From Raillietiella orientalis (taxonomy: Eukaryota), in NCBI GenBank assembly GCA_036172245.1, contig JAYWIR010000018.1, positions 124,001 through 188,000 on the forward strand: a stretch of DNA of 64,000 bases. Reading direction: 5' to 3'. Positions 39,984 through 52,092 of the stretch are shown here, in pieces. The translations under genes were made by a program, and so were the position numbers. The notes beneath the pieces were generated by a model. It saw only the letters and a list, made by a program, of their open reading frames with translations, did not search any database and was not told the origin of the DNA. Position 1 is the stretch's first letter, and each line of letters starts with the position of its first letter.

Positions 39984-41700
39984 GGTGAACAGGACGAAGT
40001 CGTCGATCATCTTATCGGACTCGTCGCGGGCAGGATGGTCGGACTGGATCTGCTTGGGGATCCCCACGGGCGGGTACATCGAGTACCTTGGCGTTCCGTT
40101 GGGGGACTTCTGCATTGCAGAAGCCCGGTCCGACCGTCTCCAAAAGGTGCAGTTGGCGATCGGCCCGTTCCGGGACGGCAAGTTTTACCTGCGGGAACGG
40201 ACCGCGGTTTGGAACGCTTTCGCGGTCCCCCTTCCTTGCCCCTGCTTTTTGTTTGCCCCATCCCCTTCGAAATTAAGAAGAGGACAAAGGACCTCCTCCG
40301 CATCGCCCTTTGGGGCAAGGGGAGGCCCAGAGTCCCTTTAATGGACTTGTGAGCTCCGCGTCGGGACGACGGCCTCAGCCCCCTGACGCTGGAACGCATG
40401 GAGCATCAGCTCCAAACGAGGAAACTTGCCCTTGTGGCGAAATATTGGACAGCACCACGGTGTGCGCCTACAAGACTCCTCGCCCACAGGGCAACCGGCC
40501 GCAATGGATTGACCTCAATCCTAGTAGCCAACGACCGTAACCTGAACTATTGTGGGTTTCAGCTACGGGAATTGGTGGCCCTGGTGAGGAGCAGCCCGTG
40601 GATCTCCTGCAGCCCCGCAAACTGGACTACCTGGCTCCAGGAGTCCGTTTCCGCGTGGGCAAAAATCAACGGCTCCAGCGAGCTGGACTTCTCCTGCCTT
40701 CGTCGCGGCAGGAACGCTGGCCAGCCCCTGCGGGAGATAGTTTCCAACCCACAAAAGCTTTTGTGGGCTTCATTTATCCCCCTTGCCACCGTGCTGCCCT
40801 CCCTTAGAGAAGCCAGGAGGCTTCCTATGAAGTGTCCTGACTCATCGGGGGCAGGAAAAAACTGATGAAGGCGTGGACGTCCCGGGAACTAGCGGACGCT
40901 ACAACCCCGAGTGTCCCGCCAAATGGAGTTGCGCGCTGGGGCGAGCTGCTCGGTATACCACCGGATGAGTGAAGTGGCCCCCGGCGTATTGGGACAGTGG
41001 CACCCTCCCTTAGGATTGGCAGGAGACGGCGCTGCTTGTGCTCCATTGGGGACTTTTGAACAGAGCACTTTGAGCCTGTCTCACTGGACATTGGGGAGAT
41101 TGGATGCCCATTGTACAGAGTGCGGGGAAACGGAGACCTTTCCCCACTTACTAATCGAGTGTGTTGCCCTCCGCCTCACGTGGGATCGACTCTCGTCGGC
41201 CATAAACGTAGCGGTGGGGGACCCTAAAAATATTTTTCGTCGCTTCTTGATGCGGAACTCCCTGCCAGGTGCCGCGTGTGTTGCAGTTCTCTGCTGCATA
41301 CGGGGAATATTGGACAAGTGGAACGCGTCAAGGCCGCAGTAGTCGGAATGCCATCCACTGGTCAGTCATCTCCATGGAGAAGGCTTCCCGTTGGCGCCGG
41401 CTGAGAAAAATTCTGCCAGCACTTGTTCGCATCTGGAACCAGATGCAGAGGCCTCCCCTCGGCGAACCGTGATCCCTTCCCTTCCCTCCCCTCCCCATAA
41501 ACATCGTCCCCCTAGCGTTTTTACTTTTTTTTGTTTTTTATCTTTTTCTTGTCCCCTTCGCGAGTGGAGAAGGCCTTACCGGCATGCAAGTCGGAAAGGG
41601 CAAGTGCATAAGATAAGAAAATAAGAACAATGTGTTCTGACAGGAACACAAATACAATTAATTAATAATTGACAGCAATTAATGATTGTAAAAATGTTTT
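39984..41700 (+). mobile_element. 5'-truncated LINE subfamily B: RT end, C-terminal Zn finger and 3'UTR
   Basis: VNRTKS, EYLGVP and CTECGETETFPHLLIEC. Near-identical to 47820-48730. T tract and 3' hairpin at 41574-41599. Confidence 0.9.
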
Positions 41701-41929
41701 TTAAAGAGAACGCTCAAGTAAAGAAAAGTGTTTATTTTCATTAGGGAGGGCAACAAAAGATGTGCATCAGAGCCATGTGTGTTATGCACATGGAAACCGA
41801 GATTGCTACCAGTAAACCACAAAGTTTGATAATGTAAGCAGAAATAATCCAAGTTGAAAGGAGAAAATTAAATTAAATCACAGATTAACAACTCAATGGT
41901 GAATTACTGCAATCTACAACCACATTTGC

Positions 41930-42077
41930 ATCTTTTGTTTTTTTTTTTTGGTTTTCCCGTCCCCTTCGCCCGTGGAGAGTACCACACCGGCCAGCGAGTC
42001 GGTGAGGCCAAGTGCAGCATGACATATACTGTATTATTTTAAAAATAAAAGCCCCCGGCTTATACGGTTGAAAAAAT
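41930..42077 (+). mobile_element. Solo LINE 3' end (about 150 bp)
   Basis: T tract, ccccttcgcccgtggaga, hairpin 41982-42007, AATAAA at 42044, degenerate terminal hairpin and A6. Confidence 0.75.
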
Positions 42078-43689
42078 TGCATGTTTCCTCAACATGCAAG
42101 CTGAAAAATACTTTCAGATGTGTTCGCAAATTGCCACTGAGCATCAACACAAATACTGTTTTATTCACTGCTACTGATTTTTGAGATGCTTATGAAAACG
42201 CCACCAGGAGCTTCGACAGCCTGAAGAAAGCATCCGAATTTTGTGAAAAAGGAGAGCACTACTGACTCTACTCCTCGACGAATTTTCCTCCAAAAGAGTT
42301 GTGGGTCAATTTGAAGCCTGGAAATGCAAAACCTGTTCAAGGGAAGCGTGGGCTCACATACAACGGACCATCCCGCGCGGACTGCCCGCAGGCCGAGGCA
42401 ACCTACAGGCGATGGGCGGAATCGGCTCGGCACCTCGACCTACGGGACCTACTGCCCGACTCGCCAGAACGCTTGCTGTGGCACGCTCACGAATCAACAG
42501 TGATCGAAGGGAGGAAGACGAGAACTTCTTTCCTTCGGGACGGAAAGATTCCTCGCTTTCCGGAGCCAGGGAAAGGAAGCAAAGGCTCGCCAGCTGGCGG
42601 CAGGCCCGACCGGTGGGAAAGGGCGCTGCACACACGAAGACGTCCGGAAAAGGACTGCCGGGAGCTGCAGCGCCTCAACCGGCAAGGAGAGCGCCCATCT
42701 GGCTGTCCAAGAAGATGATCTGGACGGACGCTGATGCAGGGGCGCATCCGGAAAGCAGAAATTCGAAAGATGGGGAGATAAGGGTTCTGACGTCACACAC
42801 CCTCCTCTTGGCATGCCAAGGACAACTCTGGATTTCGTTGGGGAAGGATCGGCGACACGGTTCTGCATCCGGGAGCGCCCTCGGGGGGTAGGGTGGCTCC
42901 CGGAGCGATCGTCGTTTGCCCCAGGAGAGGGTGATGGCGATGTTGCTGTCGAGGCTGGTCGCCCTTTCGTGAGAACAAATTTCTGTTGCTAGGCAAACAG
43001 AAAATTGTGGAGGAGATACCCTGCTGCGGTCGTGACGTCACTCGAGCTCCGCAGTGCACTGATGAGAGTGTCAAGTCGCCGCGCAGTGGACAAGGGAAAG
43101 TTCCAAGACTCCAAGATGTAAATTTTACTTCTTATGCATGCCTTCACTTGACGCGTTGCAGGAAAGCTTTGGACTATCTTTCACGCTTACTTCTCTGTTC
43201 ACTTGGTGCGCTTTCCACTCTTCTTCAGGTTGGTTCCTTTTTTGCATACTTTTTCTTCAATGCTTTCAATGTACAAACTGAAACTTTGGATTGCTCCTTA
43301 AGTTTCTCAAATTTCTGTTGTTTCTTTAAGAAGCTTTGCACACATTCTGTTTGTCCTCGAATCTGTTTACTGTCTGTTGCCTGCTATCCTACTAGTGGTG
43401 TTCCTCTTCGTACAAAGCTATATGGAAATTGTGATGGAAAACAGAGATCAAATGATGCTTTGAGTTCCGTTCTGCAACTTGGCAACCAATGCTTTGACTG
43501 CGCGAAAATGCTTCTCAGAAATTCTCCATTGTGACTGTGAATTAGGAAATATTCATAGGACGAAATTATCTCATATAACTTGAAGATGAAAACAACCTGG
43601 GAAATGGAAGTGAAAACTTGCCCCGAATACTCCTGATGTTTCATCACGGAGGCATCCTGAGCGTCATGAGGAGGAGGCACTGGTCAGGC

Positions 43690-44110
43690 AACGCTCAGGA
43701 CGAGCTATGCAAGGCCTGAGGAGCCAGGGATACCCAACTTCACGTACTCACCTCCCCGACTCTGTGCTGGGAATTGACCAAGCTGAAGGAGGTATCAGGC
43801 CGGCAGCGGATGAACATGGAGATCCTGGCAAGGATGTTTCAAGGGAACGGCAACGTTCCTCGATACAACCCAATGGTCCGGATCACCATCGCTTTCTTTG
43901 TCACGAGCATCTTGATGAGAAGGGCAAAGACGCGGTCCGGAATAAACAGTATGCCAGCTGTGGGAATCCTGAAGGGATTCGTGAAAAGACAAATTGGAAA
44001 AAGGAGATGTAGACGTACGTTTGTCTCCCCAGGCGTTTTTGTTTTTTGTTTGTTTTTTTTGGTTTTCCCGCCCCTTCGCCCGTGGAGAGCACCTCACGGG
44101 CCTCAGGTCG
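43690..44110 (+). mobile_element. LINE ORF2 C-terminal end plus partial 3'UTR
   Basis: Homologous to 21373-21585 minus. Followed by a T tract and ccccttcgcccgtggagag as at 41961. Confidence 0.75.
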
Positions 44111-45736
44111 CCGTCTCGCAGTCGATCTCCATAAGGCTTTCGACTGTGTTGACCAGGAGCTTCTGCTGGAAATCCTGGGTCGCATGGGCTTCCCACCCTC
44201 TTGATCACTTACCTGCGCTCCTACTGGCGCAACGCGATAATTACCGTCTCTTTTAGCAGTCAAAAGGTGTAAGGCGTGCCAGTGCAGCGGGGCATACGGC
44301 AGGGCGATAGCCTGAGTCCCCTGCTCTTTAGCACCTACTTCGAGCTGGTGCTGAGAGCGTACAGGACGACATTGGCTGCCTTGCCGAGCTCGTGCCCTGG
44401 CACGCCCGCAGTAACCTATGCCGACGATCTTCTGCTTTTGCTCCCCATGTCCTCTCCGGCAGCGGCAGTCGAGGATTTCTTCGATCTGCTAAACCGCGGG
44501 ACGAGACTGCGTGTGAACAAGGCAAAGTCGTCGGTGGTGGCGGTTGGTGTGACGTGGGTTGGACGGCCTGACTGGATCCGCTTGGGGATCCCCGCGGACA
44601 GGGACCTGAAGTACCTTGGCGTTCCGTTGAGGGACTTCTGCTGGGACTCCCCGCATGGCTGGAGGAATGCGTTGCGACGTGGGCGAAGTTGAATAACCCA
44701 GGAGCAGAAAATTGGAACCGCCTGCGACTCGGCCCCAACGCCTGCTGCACACTGCGGACCACTTTGGAGTGTCCCGCCAGGAGCACGTGGGCAAAGACCA
44801 CCTCCTTGGCTTTGACGCTGTCCTTCCTACGGAGGGCCCTAACCAGCGGCCGGAAGCCGAAGCGGCAAGTCTCCTGCCGTATCGCAGGAAGAGAGAGGAA
44901 GATGAGCGGGTGGACCATGGGAGAACTGGCAGACGCCACGACCCCGAGTGTCCTCCCGCGTGGACTTCTGAGATGGAGAGAGCTGCTCGGCATCCCGACG
45001 GATGACCTGAAGTGGCCCCCAGTATTAATCGGATCCAGGCTTCTCCCCCTGAAGTGGCAAGAGTCGGCGCTGCTGCTGTTGCACTGGGGTTTACCCTGCA
45101 ACGCGCGCCGCTTCCAATGGACGCGGGGAAGTGTAAGGCATGAGTGTGCCAGGTGTGGGGAGCGGGAATCGCTCCCTCACCTCATCGTTGATTGTGCTGC
45201 CCTCCGACTTCTGTGGGAACGGTTTGGGACGATCCTCGGGCTCCCAATGGCAGCGCTACCAGAGACGTTTTCCGGCTCCTCTTCGTACGGGACGCCCTCA
45301 GTCCAGCCGCAGCTCTCGCAGCACTATGCTGCGTTCGAGGCATCGTGGCGGCCTGGAGTGATGCCGAAGATGAACATGACGTGACGGACGTCATCCCATA
45401 TGCTGTTCGCTTCCTGCAGAGAGCTACCGGATGGCCCAGCTGGATAGAATAAAGAAGGACCTCGAGGGCATCCTACAAAGGATGGGCCCTTCCCGTAGTG
45501 GAATGTGATCCCTTCCCGGCCCTCCAAACTCTTTTTGTTTTTTGTTTTTTCTCAAATTTATTTTATTTTTGTTTTCTCCCCCATCTCCTTCCACTGCCGA
45601 GGAGAGTCATGCCGGGCTGCGTCCCGGCGTCCCGGCAGGTCCGGTGTTGCGTGGCCGTTAGTGGGGCCTTGTACCACGTTTTGTACTGACCGATACAAGG
45701 TTTTAATAAACGTCCCGGAGTACCCGGGTGGCATCG
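44110..45736 (+). mobile_element. LINE subfamily A copy with an internal deletion at about 44645
   Basis: 44276-44641 is nearly identical to 30066-30428 (RGIRQGDSLSP, TYADDLL). It then jumps to the region homologous to ~30940. CARCGERESLPHLIVDC is present and the 3'UTR matches 31797-32031. Confidence 0.92.
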
Positions 45737-46582
45737 ACGACCTTCTGCTCCTGCTTCCCGGATCCACCCCGGCATTGGCGCTCGAGGATTTCTTCCACTT
45801 GCTGCGCCGTGGGACAGGCCTCGAGGTAAACAGGGCGAAGTCGTCGATTATTGCATCGGACTCGTCGCGGGCAGGACGGTCGGACTGGATCCGCTTGGGG
45901 ATCCCCAGGGCGGGTACTTCAAGTACCTTGGCGTTTTGTTGGGGGACTTCTGCGCTGCAGAAACCTGGTCCGAGTGTCTCCAAAAGGTGGAGTTGACGAT
46001 CGGCCCGTTCCGGGACGGCAAGTTTTACTTGCAGGAACGGGCCGAGGTGTGGAACGCCTTTGCGGCCCCCCTCCTTCGCCCCCTACCTTTTGTGTGTCCC
46101 GCCCCTACCCAAATTAGGACACGGACAAGGGGCCTCATCAGAAAATCCCTCTGGGGCAACCGGAGGCCCCACGTCCGACTGAAAGACTTGTGCGCTCCAC
46201 GCAGGGACGGTGGACCGCTCTCCTGACGTTGGAGCACATGAAGCGATAGCTCCCAATTTAGAAAACTTGCCCTTGTGGCGAAGAACTGGCAAGCATCTTG
46301 GTGTGCTCCCCCCCTCCCAAAAAAAACTGCTCCCTCCAGACGTTTTTCTTTTTTTTCTGTTTTATTTTTATTTTTCCCGCCCCTGCGCCACTGTGGAGGA
46401 CCTCATCAGCCTGCGGGTCGGTAAGGACAAGTGCCACAAGACAGTCGGATCATGTGTTATGACTGAAAAACAAATCAACGCATGAACAGGTTACTCAAGA
46501 AGCAAAAATGACCTTATCATGGAATTTTTTTGTATTGTAAAAAATTTTAATAATAAAATTCCCGGCCCACCCGGGTGAAAAA
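45737..46582 (+). mobile_element. LINE RT fragment starting at the DD motif, joined to a 3'UTR
   Basis: DDLLLLLP..LEVNRAKS..KYLGV..LCAPRRDGG, then a T tract, hairpin 46401-46426, AATAAA at 46552 and CCCGG-cccac-CCGGG-TGAAAAA. Confidence 0.85.
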
Positions 46583-49500
46583 CCTTGGTGTGCTTCTGCA
46601 AGACACCTCGCCCATAGGGCAACCGGCTGCTACGGATTCACCTCAATCCTGGTAGCCAACGACCGTAGTCTGAACGATTGTGGGTTTCAGCTACGCCATC
46701 TGGTTGCCCTGGTGACGGAGAATCCGTGGATCTCCTGCATCCCCGCGGACTGGACTACCTGGCTACAGGAGTCCGTTTTCGCGGGGGAAAAAATCAACGG
46801 CTCCAGCAATGAGGACTTCTCCTGCCTCCGTAGAGGCAGGTACGCTGATCAGCCACTGCAGGAGATCGTTTCCAACCCACGGAAACTTCTGTGGGTTTCC
46901 TTCAATTCCCTTGCCCCTGTGCTGCCCTCCCTCAGAGAATCCAGGGACAGCCAATAGGAGGAATCGTGGGAAGTGTCCTGCCTCATCAGAGGCAGGAAAA
47001 ACTTGTGAAGGCGTGGACGTCCCGGGAACTAGCGGACGCTACAACCCCGAGTGCCCCGCCAAATGGAGTTGTGCGCTGGGGCGAGCTGCTCGGCATGCCT
47101 CCGGAGGAGTGAAGTGGCCCCCAGCGTCTTGGAAAAACGGCACCCTTCCCCTGCAGTGGCAGGAGACGGCGTTTGCTTCTGCTCCATTGGGGACTTTCGA
47201 GCAGAGCGCGCCTGTCTCACTGGACATCTGGGAATGTGGATGCCAACTGCGCGGAGTGAGAAGGGAAACCTTCCCCCACTTAATTCTAGTGTGTTGCCCT
47301 CCGTCATATGTGGGACTCCCAAGCGGGTAAGGGGGCCCTAGAGATCGCGGTCGATCTCCATAAGGCGTTCGACTGCGTGGACCAGGAACTCCTTCTGGAG
47401 CTCCTGGAGCGCACGGGATTCCCACCCTCCCTTCTAACCTACCTGCGCTCTTGCTGGCGCAGTGCCATCGTAAACGCTTTTTTCAGCAGCCAGAATGTGT
47501 ACGGCGTGTCGGTGCACCGCGGGATAAGGCAGGGCGATAGCCTGAGTCCCCTGCTCTTTAGCACCTACTTCGAGCTGGTGCTGAGAGCGTACAGGACGAC
47601 ATTGGCTGCCTTGCCTAGCTCGTACCCCGGCACGCCCGCTGTAGCTGCATACGCAGACGATCTTCTGCTGATGTTGCCCATGTCCGCCCCGGCAGCCGCA
47701 GTCGAGGATTTCTTCGATCTGCTAAGCCGTGGGACTGGACTGCAGGTTAACAGGGCGAAGTCGTCGGTGGTGGCGGTTGGTGCGACGTGGGTTGGACGGC
47801 CTGACTGGATCCGCTTGGGGATCCCCACGGGCGGGTACATCGAGTACCTTGGCGTTCCGTTGGGGGACTTCTGCATTGCAGAAGCCCGGTCCGACCGTCT
47901 CCAAAAGGTGCAGTTGGCGATCGGCCCGTTCCGGGACGGCAAGTTTTACCTGCGGGAACGGGCCGCGGTTTGGAACGCTTTCGCGGTCCCCCTTCTTTGC
48001 CCCTGCTTTTTGTTTGCCCCATCCCCTTCGAAATTAAGAAGAGGACAAAGGACCTCCTCCGCATCGCCCTTTGGGGCAAGGGGAGGCCCAGAGTCCCTTT
48101 AATGGACTTGTGCGCTCCGCGTCGGGACGACGGCCTCAGCCCCCTGACGCTGGAACGCATGGAGCATCAGCTCCAAACGAGGAAACTTGCCCTTGTGGCG
48201 AAATATTGGACAGCACCACGGTGTGCGCCTACAAGACTCCTCGTCCACAGGGCAACCGGCCGCAATGGATTGACTTCAATCCTAGTAGCCAACCACCGAA
48301 ACCTGAACTATTGTGGGTTTCAGCTACGGGAATTGGTGGCCCTGGTGAGGAGCAACCCGTGGATCTCCTGCAGCCCCGCAAACTGGACTACCTGGCTCCA
48401 GGAGTCCGTTTCCGCGTGGGCAAAAATCAACGGCTCCAGCGAGCTGGACTTCTCCTGCCTTCGTCGTGGCAGGAACGCTGTCCAGCCCCTGCGGGAGATA
48501 GTTTCCAACCCACAAAAGCTTTTGTGGGCTTCATTTATCCCCCTTGCCACCGTGCTGCCCTCCCTTAGAGAAGCCAGGAGGCTTCCTATGAAGTGTCCTG
48601 CCTCATCGGAGGCAGGAAAAAACTGATGAAGGGTGGACGTCCCGGGAACTAGCGGACGCTACAACCCCGAGTGTCCCGCCAAATGGAGTTGCGCGCTGGG
48701 GCGAGCTGCTCGGTATACCACCGGATGAGGTGAAGTGGAGTTATGAAGGAGACATGGAACTGCCTGCGGACCGGCATATACGCCCGCCGCACTCTTCGGG
48801 AAGTACTGGAATTTCCCGCGAGCTGCACGTGGGAGGAGAGTACCCCCCTTGCTACGGCGATGCCCTTCCGGAGGAGGGTGCTTCACAGGAGACGGATGCC
48901 GAGGTGGCATATCTCCTGCCGAATCGCAGGCAGGGAGAAGTTGATGAGCGGCTGAACAATGGGAGAACTGGAGGGCGCCATGAATCCGAGCTTCGAGCCG
49001 AGATGTTTGAAGCGATTGGGTGAGCTGCTCGCTATCCCAATGGATGAGCTGAAGTGGTCCCCGTTATTGAAATAATCGAGGATCCTGCCCCTTAAGTGGC
49101 AAAGAGTCGACTCTGCTACTTTTGCACTGGGGGTTACCCTGCAACGCACGCGGCTTCCACTGGACAAGGGGCGCCGTGAATCCTCAGTGTGCCAGGTGTG
49201 GGGAGCAGAAGTCGCTCCCCCACCTCATCGTTGATTGTGCTGCCCTCCGACCCCTGTGGGAACGGTTTGGGACGATTTTCGGGCTCCCAATGGGCAGCGC
49301 TCCCATTCATCCCCCTTGCCACCGTGCTGCCCTCCCTTAGAGAAGCCAAGTGGCTTCCTATGAAGTGTCCTGCCTCATCGGGGACAGGAAAAAACTGATG
49401 AAGGCGTGGACGTCCCGGGAACTAGCGGACGCTACAACCCCGAGTGTCCCGCCGAATGGACGTGTACGCTGGGGTGCTCTTGTCGACGTACCTCCGGAGG

Positions 49501-49915
49501 AGGTAAAGTGGCCCCCAGAGACAACGGCACCTTCTCCTGCAGTGGCAGGAGACGGCGTTGCTTCTGCTCCATTGGGGACTTTTAAGCAGAGCACGCGTCT
49601 CACTGGACATTGGGGAGATTGGATGCTTATTGTGCAGAGTGCGGGGAAAGGAAGTGTGCTTTAAGTGTGCCCATTTAATAATTGTGTGTTGCCCTCCGAT
49701 AGATGTGGGATCGACTCTGGTCGATCCTAAACATTCCAGTAGGCGACTCCCAAAAACATTTTTCGACGCCTCCTGATGCGGGACGCCCTGCCAGCCGCCG
49801 CGTATGTTGCAATTCTCTGCTACATACGCGGAATCCTGGATAAGTGGACCGCATCAAGGAGAGATCGCAGCAGTCGGAAAGCCATCCACTGGGCAGTCAT
49901 CTCTATGGAGATGAC
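46583..49915 (+). mobile_element. Mosaic head-to-tail array of LINE ORF2 fragments (A/B chimeras)
   Basis: 46583-47320 is a B-like C-terminal part. 47325-47820 is A-like RT (AVDLHKAFD, AYADDLL), continuing as B sequence to ~48735. 48740-49295 is an A-related C-terminal part. 49305-49915 is a B-like C-terminal part. Confidence 0.9.
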
Positions 49916-50309
49916 CATTGATGAAGCAGTATTCGCTGTTCCATTGATACCAGAGAGGTCATGCACCAATCGCCTATGGTTACGAAACTGCCATAGGAGG
50001 GACCATCGAATTGTCACCGAAATTGGACGGTATAAGTATCCTGCTGGTCTCATCCGTAAAGCCTTTAGTATATTGGCTTTAAATTGGATTTTATTGAATA
50101 CCGAGACTATGGAGTTGCAGATGGTCCGTATGTTTGATTATATACAGGACTATTTCATCGATACTTAGTAGCATGCATACCTGGCTGGTGGTCACACGCG
50201 CTTCTTGTTAGCTGCCGAGAGCGAAGCCAACGAAGAAGTTTTTCTATGTGGAACCACCCCTTCTTCATAAGGTAGGCAACTTCTGCAATAACGACCCGTA
50301 AATTCGGGA

Positions 50310-50513
50310 ATGCCATTCGAAGGATTGGCAGTAAAGATGAGGAGAGTGTGCCTTTCTATACGGAGCGGCGGGCAGTATGCAGAGCTCATCTGCAGAGATG
50401 ATGAGCACATTGATGCAGTGCTCTGGACACCCGTTCCATTTGAGGGACGCAATCTTCTTGATCCACCTTACAGGCACAACAGTGCAGATGGCCGACGAGG
50501 GCATCCGCACTGA
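50310..50513 (+). mobile_element. Probable LINE ORF1 fragment
   Basis: Peptide similarity to 27698-27900. Confidence 0.45.
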
Positions 50514-52092
50514 ACCATCCAAACGCAGAAATTTACGCGATGTGGCGTAATCCCAACGCCTTTGGTATCCAAGGCGCATCTAAGTGGGCGAGTCGCCGCA
50601 CGCGTAACATTGCGTGAAAACAATCATTCAACAAAATCATTGTCAACAACGAATGTGTTATTGGTTTGTGGGGAAGCAGAAGTTCTGCCGGCAATGTAAC
50701 ACGTTCGGGCATCCAATTTTCAAAAGTCTTTCCGTCTTTCCGTCTTCAAGTCAACAAGTACCAGTAGATAGGTGAGCAACCATCGGAAGACTGCCCTTCA
50801 TAGTCCAGCAGATCCTCAGGGGTTAATTTACTTCACAACCGCAGATCACAATAAAATAAGGTTCTCCCCAGAGTGATAAGGAAAATTGGAACCACGACAT
50901 GAGTAGTACAGAGAATCCAGATGTAGATAAAGTATGGAACAAAGACGCTGTAGAAATTATCAGTGAACACCATGATACGTGTGGACAGAGTTTACTTGGA
51001 AAATCAAGTACCGCATCTCAAGATTGTAACGATGGCTGTAACGATGACGTAAAAAGGTAATCAGAGCCTATCAAGACTATGACACAGAGCTAATGATGCA
51101 GAGCTTCACTTGGAATTTTCGAACTGCAATCAAAAATCCAGTTGGATCAACTGAAGGCGGTCTGCCTGGAAAATAGAAACCACAGATCTCGAAAGCGAGA
51201 AACTGTGCAAACTAAGAAAATCAAGAGTTTTTGAGCATAGCTCAGGAAACAACAGCTCGAGCTCGACGACCACCAAACCGACCACCACGGCTCCGAAAAC
51301 ACCTTTTGTGACTCCACCCAGCTACGTGCAGCAAGCAATGGTCTGGCAAGTTGCTGGGCGAATCGAACGCCCCAGAGAAATGTTCCCATTCTGGAGGATG
51401 GGATCCTTGGTCCGGAGATTCATATTTCCCAATTCATATATTCGATTCATATACTCATATATTCAATATTAAATTTGGCTGATATATTGAAAAAGCGGAG
51501 ATTCGCTACTACATCATTGCTGTGGTTTGATCAGTGTGAAGTGGAAGATGTGATGTGGAAGAGCACGAAAAGATCCGCCCTACTAAGCAGTTGCACCTCG
51601 AAGGCCTCCAAGCTAATCAATTGCGACACATGGAAATGGTGTTAGCTGTATTTAAGGAGTGAACCAGAGAAAATCTGTCGTGTGCATTATCAATCGTTAA
51701 CTACGATGACAGGATGGATGGAGTTGACAGTCGCTTTTCTACAAACAGCGCAAGCTCAAGAATTTGGCGGCTTCCATGCTGCGCAAGAACAGGGCAACTA
51801 TCACAACTTGAGAAAGTGCCAATGTTTGGAATAGCAGCAGATGCAGTGATAACATCGGCCACAACTCAATTATAGAGAGAGAAAAACTGAAGCTCCGTAT
51901 GGACCGAAATCTCTTAAAGATGATATAACGACATTCCCTGAATGCAATGAAGGCCAAGAGGCCTTTTATTGCATTGCAGATGCAACGTTGTTGCAGGAGA
52001 CCGAATTCCGGATGCACACATAGGCACCAATTTGTTCGAAAAGCATGACAAAGCAGAGCAAAGCAGATGGTCGGCAGTGCTTCCGTGAATGC

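Noticed and set aside
41550..41610. LINE 3' motif as a self-cleaving ribozyme (twister, hammerhead or HDV)
   Set aside because: No CUGAUGA/GAAA core, and the twister-like words are in the wrong order with no pseudoknot pairing evident.
51415..51470. Short tandem-like repeats (attcatat; also 15110-15150 tcattatgt) as a CRISPR-like or regulatory array
   Set aside because: Irregular micro-duplications with no repeat-spacer periodicity, in a eukaryotic context.
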